From Chiloscyllium plagiosum (Eukaryota), in NCBI RefSeq assembly GCF_004010195.1, contig NC_057718.1, positions 42,248,584 to 42,312,583 on the forward strand: a stretch of 64,000 nucleotides of DNA. Direction: 5' to 3'. Positions within the stretch are counted from its first letter, which is position 1, and every line of letters starts with the position of its first letter. The notes beneath the pieces were generated by a model, which was not told the origin of the DNA, did no database searches, and was given only the letters and a program-made list of their open reading frames with translations. Positions 52,327-63,377 of the stretch are shown piece by piece. A program made the translations under genes and the position numbers.

Positions 52327-53009
52327 GAGTTTACTGAACTTTATTACCTTTATTCTGCATTCAGTGTTTCCCTTCAAAGCTAAGCCTTTTAACTGAGTGC
52401 TCTTACAATAGTTACTGGTTAAAGGCAACAGCTTTATCCCAGCGGGGAGAGGATATAACTGGTTTTCTTCATGGTTTCAGGTGCTTTTAATACAGTGCCA
52501 TAGAGGCACAGAACTTGTTCTCCATCAGCCCAAAAACATTTCCTCCTATATGATTCACACACATAAATTGCTAAGGAGCCAATCATAAAATTGCCACCAG
52601 GCTGATGACCTTTGACATCATAAATAATTACAATTGCAGAACCCAATCAGCTATCTGTTACTGGCCTATTCTCACTCTGCACACACCACAGAACCATGCC
52701 GTCTTATCTCAACTGTTCCACTACTTACAAAGCAACAACGCAAACACAACTCACAAGTTCAAGTTATTTGTTTTAAAAACTGCAGCAATTCCTTCCACAG
52801 TGCTTGGTTTTAAAAACAGCCTTTTTAAAAATTTTGGTCCCCAGTCAAAAACTAAAGAAAAATAAGGTAATGTGGTCTTTGCAAATGTTAATGAATGATA
52901 TGGCATGCAATACTTTTTGCAGGGAGTTTACTGAACTTTATTACTTTTATTCTGCATTCAGTGTTTCCCTTCAAAGCTAAGCCTTTTAACTGAGTGCTCT
53001 TACAATAGT
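52327..53009 (+). repeat. 86-bp direct repeat (52327-52412 and 52924-53009) in or next to an LTR-like repeat (~51900-52885)
   Basis: GAGTTTACTGAACTTTATTAC...CTCTTACAATAGT twice, one mismatch. Confidence 0.9.
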
Positions 53010-53847
53010 ATTTTCAACTTTCTATTCTGAATCTTTCAATTATCTGTTTTGCATTGTACAGGAACACATGCAAGCAATCTGGGGCTCATCTGATTTGCAC
53101 TGTGCAGTCTCTGAAATTTTTGAAAAGAAACTATTTTGAGAAACAAAACTTTCTAAACTTTTGAAATGTTCTTCCATTTTATTTCATCTTCTACACTCCT
53201 CCTCCAGAATACACTTTCCACAATAAGTGTAGATGGTCTTCTTTCCTTTGATGTATACTCAGCCTTCTTCAGACTCCCATTGTGACTAAAATTTTTTTCA
53301 CTATCTCATTGACATTCCTGCTCTTCCCCCAATCCTAATCTCATATGGATCCATGTCCCTTCTTACCCTTACACTCTCTTTATTCAGTTCACCTACTGTT
53401 TGTCAATCCCCAACAAGCCTAACTGGCTCATTGTGTTCACCATATTTAATATATAGTTCTCACCCTTCCTTGTCCCTATTGCTACCATCACTGCGACTCT
53501 CCCCTCTGCACCCAGTAAGCTCTTTGCATTCTCCAGGATTATTCCAGTGAGCATAACAACCATGCCCTTTAAGTTACATATCTTACTGTTTCTTTTCACT
53601 GAACCTATCTTACTGAGAACTTTTTCTGTTGTCTCCCTGCTTGGAAGAGGAAACCTCCTTTTCATTTCAAAAGTCTTTTCAATTACGACCCCTTGCCTGC
53701 CCCAGTAACGTTTGATGGCTTCAGCCAATATGTTCCTAACATTTCCTGGATAACTACTCAAGTAATTACTTTGGAACTGAATGAAGTCACTAACTCTAAC
53801 TCAGATACAAAAATTGTTGTGGAGGGTTCCAAGGAGGATGGGAGTTA

Positions 53848-54045
53848 ATAGAATCATAGCGTCCCTACAGTGCGGAAAGAGATCATTTGCCTCATCAGGT
53901 TTGCACCGACCCTCCGAAGAGCATCCCACTGAGATCTAGGTTCCACCTGTCTCTGTAACCCACATTTACAATAGCTAATCTACCAAACTTGCACAATCCT
54001 GGACACTACAGACAATTTAGCAAGGCCAATCCACTTAACCTATGT
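53848..54045 (-). mobile_element. HE1-like SINE 3' half
   Basis: ATAGAATCATAG..CCCTACAGTG..CACCGACCCTCCGAAGAGCATCCCAC..CAATTTAGCAAGGCCAATCCAC. Confidence 0.85.
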
Positions 54046-55019
54046 CCATTGGAAGTTCAAACTTCCCAAGAAATTCCCCTGGAGTCAACATGTTGGGACC
54101 TCTTTAGGGTACTGATGTAGATCTTGGATGACATATCTCATCTCCAATAGAAGATTTCAGCCTGACATTGGTAGGAACTCATCCACAATAACTAAGCTGA
54201 CTGGAAATTTTGCTGGTGTCAGCCTTCGATTTTCTAGGCCAGAAAAAGCCTCAACCAACCATGGTTTTGACAGTTACAATGATCCAAAAAAAAAGTCAGT
54301 TTCATATTTATCACTATGAGGTTTACATAAAATTATTGTTAAACAAAAGGACAGTTACTTGAGAGAGATTCATTGAGGATAAAACAGGAAATTCCTTCCA
54401 AAACCTATTAAATTACAATGCAATTGTAAGAGCAGAGTATAGAATGTCTCTATTTCCCAGCCCCACATAGACCCATTCTGACCCAACCCCATCCCTTCCT
54501 GATGTTGACACTATCCCCAACTGAATCTGCCCAGATAGATGAAAATCTCCTCTCTCTCTCTCACAAAGACATTCAAGAGGATATTGGAGATGATTTGGAA
54601 AGAAATAGTATACAAGGATAACAGGAATAAGCAGGAGATTGGCACAAGTTAATAACATTCATTTGAAGAGCCAGTGCATGTAAGATGGGCCAAATATATG
54701 TCTTTTGTGCCATAAGAATTCCATAGTTCTGTGATTCTGGGTCCCCGAGAGTAATATGGACTGTTATGGGACATAATTTGTTAAGGAATACTAAGCAGGA
54801 TGAATATGGCAATAAATGTGTCAATATCAGATATCTTTGCTTTGTCTCACAAAAGGGAAGTTAATGAAATATTTCACCAGAGAGTAGCTGTGTCATTGGA
54901 AAATGAAAAACATGAGTATTGATCTTCCATCACAGCTCAGAAGGAATTGTATGTGGAATGAGAGATACTCTTGATTACTGTGGTTTATGGAATTAACACT
55001 TTTCCCACAATGTGATCAG

Positions 55020-55520
55020 TTGTTTCTAGTTCTTTTGATGTCAGCTCAATAGATAGATTCATGTGCCAATCACTAGTTGATTTTGTCTGCAATCATGTGA
55101 TCTGTGTGCATATGGGTAAACATATCTTGATGTAGAATTTATGGAATAATCCTGTGTTTGCATTTTGAAAACTATGTTCCTAAATCTTCCTAATCATCTC
55201 AGAATGAATAGAAATAAGCTTGCTCAGGGACATGTTAAATGTGTTTGGGATGCCCGCTGATGATCTTTCTGGGCTTCAGTGTAGTTGCTATGGCTCTCGA
55301 GAAAGATATATGGAACAATATCTATTCTTGGCATTGATAATGGAAAAATGCTTGGCTGATGACACAATGATGTGGACGAAACCATCACTATCTGCATATG
55401 ATATGGCTGTTTTCCTGTATGGTAGCCCATGTAACATTTGCCACAAAGACTGGATGCTTGTTGAGAAAGATGTCTTGAAGTTTATTAACAACACTAACAT
55501 TATGCACTGATATGATATCC
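55020..55520 (-). mobile_element. Internally deleted Gypsy-like relic
   Basis: Minus strand AATAAA...GTTACA|TGG (LTR end/PBS-like), then AKHFSIINAKNRYCSIYL resembling the Gypsy RT motif AKYFSKLDA..GYWQI.L. Confidence 0.45.
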
Positions 55521-55673
55521 TAGACTAACATTTAATATGGGTTCTACATTTACTCATATTATTGTTACATTATGTACATAACTAACCAATTGACTAACTA
55601 ACCAACTGTCTGACTGTTTAACTGATTGATAGTAAGAATAAGAACATGTATACTAAAGCAATGTATGTCATAA

Positions 55674-56332
55674 TGTTATGGGCTAGGCCAGACCACTCAA
55701 AACATTCTTAAGCAGGCAGCCCCAGATCATAACTTTGCAAATTGTTTTGGTAAGTGTACAGTGAACATTACCCCAAGTAAGCTACCTAGGTTGACTACTA
55801 GAGTTTAAAATAGACAAAAATTCATTCACAAAATTACACAATGAAACACAAAGAACAGAATAAAGAACACCTACAGAACTCAACCTATCCAACTTGACTT
55901 AATTATGCTGTTTTGAATATACACAACAGTCCCAATAAACGCTCTCCCTTTAAAAACACAGTATAAATGGAACACATGCTTACAGGTTGAAGTTGAAGGG
56001 CAGAAAAGAGAGAGAGTTTCCACATAACTCCCTGTTGAACTTCCAACCAGTTCAAAACTGAACTAAAACTGCTCAGCTCAGCTTAGCTAAGCTAAAGAGC
56101 TGACCACTCCCCTTTCATTATACAGGTCACTTCTAAAACATGACCACTTTGGCCTGAAGTCTCATCTGTTTACATATAAATGAAAGGCCTCTCAAAATCC
56201 TTGTCATCTCTGTACCAAAGTAGACTGATGGGAGCCCAGCCCGGTTTATTGCCCCCTGAGAAAAATTAAGGACAGAGTCTCCTTAAGCCAAGGAACAGCT
56301 TTTAGTAAAGAAAAAGGACTAGCTTTGTGATA
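55674..56332. mobile_element. Solo LTR (659 bp) with 4-bp TSD
   Basis: Ends TGTTA...TGATA (decayed TG...CA); ATAA on both sides (55670-55673, 56333-56336). Confidence 0.7.
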
Positions 56333-56574
56333 ATAATGTTAAAATAAAACATAAAATTGCAAAAGTTGAAGGTCTGAATCAAAAATTCTACTTTCTTTCT
56401 GTAGACACTGCTGAGTTTCTCCAGCAGTTTCTCATTTTATGTCATAATGTTACCCTGTTGTCTTGAATGTTTTGTGCCTTTCTGTGATTTGTATAATATT
56501 ATAAGTTGTGTTTTAAAGAAAAAGTGCTTTAAATTCTCTAGCTCTCAAGAAATGACAAGTTTCCTTATAATAAA

Positions 56575-57110
56575 ATTTAAAAATCTTGGAAAGGTTATGC
56601 AGCATCTGGATAGAAACAAAATTAATGTTTCAGGTTGAATGGCCTTTTATCATTGAGGTAGAAATTAAATTTTAAGCCAATTCAAAGGATGGTTGCAAGT
56701 ACAAAAGGCAGGCTGTGTTTAGGATGGAGGCCAGGGAGATTAAATGACAAAAGATTTCATGATGCAACATCAAAAAGGGTGGAATTGAGTACAGTAAAGA
56801 GAAAAAGCATGTCTCTAAATGAGTTGTGAATGACCTCATAAAAGCCATCTAATACACATGAAAGGGAGAAGAAAAAAAAACACCAGGCCAGTGAAACAAA
56901 AGAAAATGGGAAAAAATGTTAGAAAAAACTGGAGGCAGAGGATATAATGTAATGTTTTAGAACAGAATGTTGAGCCCAGAAAGCCATTGAGTAGAAAGAT
57001 GAGGTGCTATTTATCAAACTTGTGCTTAGCTTCACTGGAAGACTGAAGTAGCTGTGGACAGACAGATCAGCAAAGGAGCTAGAGGGAGAATTAAAATGAC
57101 AAGCAACCAA
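56575..57110 (-). mobile_element. Old Penelope-like 3' fragment
   Basis: VACHFNSPSSSFADLSV resembles the GIY-YIG C-terminal region; left end GCAGCATCTGG..TTAATGTTTCAGG matches the terminal fragments. Confidence 0.65.
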
Positions 57111-57479
57111 AAGTAATCTTTCTGTTTACAAGTGCTCAATCTTTCAAGCTTTTTCTTAGTTTTTCCAGATTTTTAGCAATTATATCGGTTGTCAATCTCA
57201 ACTGTAGTGAAGAAATGGCTTGACTTTGTTAATCTGCAGGTAATAGGATAACCTTATTTCTCTGTCTAGTGTGAACCTTTAGGGAGGGTTCTTCCTTAGT
57301 TTTGAGGAATCTCTTCACTTTGAGACACTTTATCTCCCAGGCTAACTGATACATTGCTCAATAAAGTGTTTCTTATTACAAGTTGGTCTCTTTCAGATGA
57401 TCATGGTATTGGTGTTCCCATTGTCTGTACAGATGGTCCCTGATGAAGTTATCATTGACATACAATGACGTTTGAACTT

Positions 57480-57870
57480 TGGTGACACAAGCAGATTTTG
57501 CTGTAAAAACATGCCAGGTATGGCAGCATCTGTGAAGAAAAGGCAGAACAAACAGTGTCCAGTGACCCTTCATCAGAACTGCGTTTCAGATTGAAATTCC
57601 AATGTGGGAAAAATAACATTCCCTCACAAGTAAATGCAAATAGCCAAAATTCAGAAAAACAACACTGAACTTGAGTTCTGAAGAAGAGTTGTGGACTGAA
57701 GCATTGAACCTGGGTCTTTGGTGCTGTGAGGCAGCAGTACTAACCACTGAGTCACTGTGCCGCCCCAAACATTAATTCTGTTTTCTCTCCACAGATGTTC
57801 TCAGACCTGTTGATTTTATGCAGCAATTTCTGTTTTTGTTTTTGATTTCCAGCATCTGCAGTTCTTTGAT
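57480..57870. mobile_element. Composite Penelope-derived fold-back containing an HE1 head fragment and an inverted copy of the flank
   Basis: Arm GGCAGCATCTGTG..GACCCTTCATCAGAAC (57480-57580); opposite arm GTTCTGAAGAAG..TCTCTCCACAGATG..CCAGCATCTGCAG; HE1 head (minus) at ~57700-57766. Confidence 0.7.
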
Positions 57871-58109
57871 AGTTTTGAATTTTAGCTATTTGCATTTGCT
57901 TGTGAGAGAATGGTATCTTTTCACACCCATTTGTGGAATTTCAATCTGCAGCCACTAAGTCCGTGTGACCACTGTACATCAGTTTCTGCTGATATTTAGA
58001 CAAAACCAGCTATTAATTCCAGAGATAGGATCACTTGCGTTTTTACTGTCACTTCACTGGAATGATCCGAAAACATTGTTAACTGTCCAATCATGCAGGC
58101 ATCTTCCTA

Positions 58110-58207
58110 AAAACAAAGAACTGTGGTTGCTAGAAATCTAAAACAAAAACATTAATTATTGGAGAAAATCAGCAGATCTAGCAGCATCTGTGGAGAGAAA
58201 GCAGAGT
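58110..58207 (-). mobile_element. Penelope-derived terminal fragment
   Basis: AAAGAACTG..GCAGCATCTGTGGAGAGAAAGCAGAGT is the reverse-complement counterpart of 57775-57868. Confidence 0.65.
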
Positions 58208-58924
58208 ACCTAACTCAGGGTTGTTTCAGTCTGGGCAGTTTCATGTATGCTAACAGAGAATGGAGATATCACCTGTTCCATTTTGTTTCAAGGTAAATTA
58301 CCCATTTTCTTTGCCTTTTAAAAATGAACAGTTAAATTTTTTCATAAGTTCTCAAGTAGAACACTGTCAAGACAGATGCATGATTACTTGCCCTGTTTAC
58401 ACAGATATTAGACGCCCTGCAGAAGGTGCTTCACTATTTCTATCTCCAAATCCAAAATTTTCTGCAAGTTAAGCACTTAAGAGCAAATCTAACAATCAGC
58501 TGAGGGCATGTATATTTATTGGCCACAATCAATTTTGGACCACCATATTGAGCATCAAAATATATTACATTCATGCATTCCAATGCTCCAGATTTGGTGA
58601 ATACTCTTGGAGGCAAAAGTGTTGGCGCATTCTATCAAATTGACAATTGAATACATTCAATTCATCATTCAGTTGTACTATAAACACAAAGAACAAGTAT
58701 TGCCATATTTAAAAAAAATCAGAATAGTACTCAACATTCTATTGTGAAAGTGAAAGCTTAAAGCAGGGGAAACATTCCATGCCACTAATTTCTTAAAATT
58801 TTGCATTGTGAACATAAATTCACCCTTCACACTTTCAACTCAAATACTGAAAAGTATAGTGAAAAAGCAATCTACGCAGAAAGCAACATGAGAAAAAATG
58901 TACTTGGATTACTACAATGGGACT

Positions 58925-60615
58925 TGGATATTGTTGGATGGGCCAGCATTTACTGCCATTTTTTAGTTGCTTTTGGGAAGGTGGCAGTGAGCTGCCTTCT
59001 TGAACACCTGCACTTCATTTGCTATTAGTAGATCCATAATGTATTCAGGAGGGATTCCAGTGTTTTGAACCTGCGTCACTGACGGAACTGTGATATATTT
59101 CCAGGATGGTGAGTGGCTAGGAGGGGAATTTGCAGGTTGCAGTGTTCCCATGTAACTGCTGCCTTTGTCCTTCAACATGGAAGTAGTTGTGGGTTTGGAA
59201 GTTTCTGTATAAGGATCTTTGGTGAATTTCTGCAATGCATCTTGTAGATAATACACACTGCTGCTACTGAGCATTGGTGATAGGTGAAGTGGATGTTTAT
59301 GGATGTGGCAATTAACCAAGTGTGCTGCTTTGGCCTGGATGGTATCATGCTTCTTGAGTATTGTTGGAACTGACTAATTCAAGCAAGTAGTGAGTATTCC
59401 ATCTCATAACTGACTTGTGCCTTGTAGAAGGTGGATAGGCTTTGGGGAGTCAAGAGGTGAGTTATTATTCCCTGCAGGACTCCTAGCCTTTGACTTGATC
59501 TTGTAGCCATTGTATTCATATGGCTAGTGCAGTTCAGTTTATGGTCAATGGTAATACAAGGATATTGAAGTGGTGGATTAAATTATAATAGTCCCAATTA
59601 ATGTGAAGCGACAATGGTTAGATTGTCTCTTATTGAAGATGGTCATTGTTTGTAATCGATATGGCATGAATGTTACTTGCCACTTTTCAGCCCAAGCCTA
59701 GATATTGTCCAGGTCTTGTTGCATGAATTTCTTCAGTATCTGAGGTTTTCTTGCCCATGTTTGATCAGGAGCCATGAGACTTCATGTTGTTTGGTGTCTA
59801 TGTTGAGGTCTCCAAGGGCAACTCCCTCCCAATTGCATCCAATGGTGCCACCATCTCTGATGGGCCTGTCCTGCCAGTGGGACAGGACATATCCAAGGAT
59901 GGTGATGGTGTTTCTGGGATATTGTCTGTGAGGTATGATTCTGTGAGTATGACTGTTGCTTCAGTAGTCTATAAGACAGTTCTCCCATTTTTGGCATTAA
60001 TGCCCATACAGGAGGACCATGCAGGGGTGGCAGGATAATTTTTGCCATTGCCATTTACAGTGCATAGGTCAATGGTAGGTGGACATTCCAGTTTTATGTC
60101 TCTTTTGAGTCTTTCTAGTAATCAGAGGGCTGTGAGGAGTCCAACACATTGCTGTGAATCTGGATGTAGGTTTGCTCGCTGAACCGAAAGGTTTGTTTTC
60201 AGATGTTTCATCACCATACTAGGTAATATCTTCAATGAGCCTCGGAATGAAGGCTTCATTCGGAGGCTCACTGAAGATGTTAACTAGTATGGTGACAAAA
60301 TATCTGAAAACGAATCTTCCAGCTCAGCGAGCAAAACTACATCCAGATCCTCAACCTGAGCTACAAATCTTCTCAAAACTCACTAACATTGCTGTGGATT
60401 TAGAGTAAAATGTAGATCAGACCAGGCAATGATGGCAGTTTCCTTCCCTAAAGGACATTTGCGAACCAGATGAATTTTTCTATCAATGAAATGAATTCTC
60501 TTTATTCCAGGTGTTTATTCACTTCAAATTTCACCATCTACCATGGTGAGATTCAAACCCATGTCCTCAGAACATTACCTTGTTTGTGGATTAACAGCCT
60601 AATGATAATACCAAG
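58925..60615 (-). mobile_element. Internally deleted LINE (CR1/L2 group) with a tRNA-like 5' head
   Basis: Minus strand VILTESYLTDNIP (endonuclease start), FKKAAHCHL (ORF2 end); head GGGTTTGAATCTCACCATGG at ~60540-60560; head and tail shared with the SINE at 27205. Confidence 0.75.
60160..60385. mobile_element. Penelope-derived fold-back (family of the 8846 element)
   Basis: ~90-bp arms meeting at GAATGAAGGCTTCATTC; CTGAAGA-TGTTAAC-TAGTAT-GGTGAC-AAAA; tail GAGCTACAAATCTTCTCA shared with the 3' end of the 8846 element; ACATTGCTGTG duplicated at 60146 and 60386. Confidence 0.9.
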
Positions 60616-62049
60616 AAGTTGTTGCTCGACCTGTAGGTACTGTTTACAGTTCATGAGGAATTCAACATCAGTTGGAATGGAATGAGATTTTGCAAACTAT
60701 TAAACCACCCCAGAAAGAAACTGAACATTAAATTGCAATCACAGACACAAAAGTCTTCAATTTGCTGCCTACAGAGTACCTTAAAACTTTCATGAAGAGA
60801 AATTGCAGGATCTATGTGATCATCTCAACTACTTTATTTCATCAGTTAGGAGTAACGCAACAATTAGAAAATATTGAATGTTTGAATTAAGCAAACCATA
60901 CTTTAGTGCACACATATCTCAAAAATCTGTTTCTTTTTTGTGAGTAGTACATTCAAAAATGGTTTATAAATGGTATATCACTAAATCTACGAACTTCTGC
61001 CATGTAATCTTGTGATATTAATCACAATATTTTACACGGAAATAACTTATTAAATGTATCAATTGTAATCTGATTCCAATGAAAATTGCTTTCTATTGAA
61101 GAATTCATAGGTTATTCAAAGCTTTTCTGCTTCATAATAGATGAAAGAGCACATTATCAAATTCATTTCTAAGATTACACAATACAATGACACTACTTCT
61201 TAATTTTCATAAAGGTTCAGTTTCACTCAACTTCTGGAACAGTTATGCACAGGGTGTTATCTTTATCAAAATATTATAACATGACAACCTTTATTAGAAA
61301 AATATAAGCAAACTGGAATAAGTAAAAGATTTATTTTCAAAATTTCCATCGAAAATTAGCTGGATTAAGCAGCGTAACACTGGATCAAAGGAAACTTTAA
61401 TCATGCCTAGCCATGCCCCAGAGCCCTCACATACATAATGTGATTTGCACAGTAACTGCCTCTCTTATTATTAGTTGTTTAGGGTGTTTAGTGCTAATAG
61501 GCAAAGAAAAATCAGTATTCTTTACTCAGAAGCAATAGTAAATGATAAAAGCACCATGCTGAGATGGTAATTAATGCAAATATTACAAATTTTGTTTGTT
61601 TGGATGTATGACACTTTAAAAAAAAAAATACTGTGGTCCTCTTTGTACAGCATTTTGAGAATTTTAGTATGATTTCTATTTCTATTCTTTGACATTATAT
61701 ACTAAATTAAGATAATGATGAAAAACCTTTTACACAAGATCTGGAAAGCGCTATTTGATAGTCAGGTAGAGGTAGGTTAAACCATGGGTTTCAAAAGAGA
61801 CCTGGATCATAATCAGACCAGGAGAATATTACACAGCCATGGGGAAAACGCAGGGGAGTGGCACTTGGTTAATTGCTCTTGCAGAGATCCAGCAGAGAGA
61901 TGGTAGGCTGAACGTTTTCTATCCAAGCTGTGCTGGAACCATACTATAATTCAAATTTTTTAACAAGGGAGAAGAGGGAAGGAAAGAAGAAAGAGAGCAA
62001 GAGGACGAAGGGAGATGAGATAGGTGTGGAGGGGAAGAAGGAACTAGGA

Positions 62050-62330
62050 TCTAGAGAACAGGTTTAAATGGACTGGTAAGAAAAATCAAATGCACATTAG
62101 CAAAAACTATTTTTATACAGCAGATGATTGCAATCTTGAATCCTCTGCTGAAAGGATGGTGGAGGCTGATTCAATTATGGCTCTCAAATACAAACATCTG
62201 AATGGGAAAATATTTTTAGAGTACAAGGAAGGGTGTGGTTGAGACTTGTTAAATTGCTTTTGCTGATTGTTGACTCGGGCTTGATGGGCTGAACAACCCT
62301 TTTCTGTGTTGTACCCATTCTATGTTTCTA
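62050..62330 (+). mobile_element. Old CR1 3' fragment
   Basis: TCTAGAGAACAGGTTTAAA, GGTGGAGGCTGATTCAAT, GATGGGCTGAA..TTCTATGTTTCTA tail. Confidence 0.7.
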
Positions 62331-63377
62331 GGAAATTATACTGAATAAGTGGGGCAGTGGTAAAGAATCGTGGAGGAGAATATTGTGGATATGAGTCACA
62401 GCAGAACAGTGTAGTCATTGAAAGTTTCTTCAAAGCAAGAAAAGCCTTAGAGTTCCCTCAGCAGGAGGGTTATTCAGGGACACAGTATCCTTTGCAAATT
62501 TTTGGATTACTGACCAGTTGAAATCGATGATATAAATATCTGAGGCATGGCTGCAGAAAAAGAAAATATGGACTGGAGGTTTTCCAGAGTGCAGCTAAAA
62601 TTAATAATAGGTTTGAGAAACAATAGACATGCTCACAGTGTATATGCTATGAGAATAATGATGTTGATACTATTCCGAGAAGTCAGAAGAAAGAATAGTG
62701 CACTACAATTACTAATTCATATAAAGTGGGGATTACTTGAATACAGTAGCAAGGGCAGAAATCTGATTGCAGATTTAATTGCAAGACATGAGAAGATGGC
62801 AATATCTCAGGTGGACTGGGGAGATAAGTGGATAATGAAGTGTGGAGATGTGTGAAGTATGCAATAAAGATCAAAGCGATAAAGTGAAATAAAGGTAACA
62901 AAGGTGTGCAAGAGCAAAGGAAGGTTGAAGTGTACATGTATATAAGTCATTAAAGGTGACAGGACAAAGAGAGAGAGCTGTTAATTAAGCATGCGGTATT
63001 CTGGGTTTCATAAATGGAGACATAAAGTACAAGAGCAAGGAGGAGAGAGAACAAGACAGGATATTTTTTTCAGAAAGGAAGAAGGCAAAGCTGCAGTTTT
63101 TAAAAAGTAGGACAGTACCAGAGGAGAAGGAACTTTTCACAATGTTTACAGTGTAGGAGCAGGAAATAAATTTGTGTGCTCAGCAGCTATGTGGAAATGA
63201 GATCAAAAGAGTGGAAAGTGGTTCTGATAGGAAAAGTTATGATGAAGGCAGAGGAAACTGGAGAAAATGTATTTCTGTCTAGTATCCAGACAGCACAATA
63301 AAGCTGAAAAACAAAATGTGCATTGAGGTTTTATTAGAAGCACCGTAAGTAACAACAGCCAGCGAGGGACTAACGAG

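Noticed and set aside
55220..55510. 96-aa Cys-containing plus-strand ORF
   Set aside because: Non-ATG start and no splice support; better explained as antisense to a Gypsy-like relic
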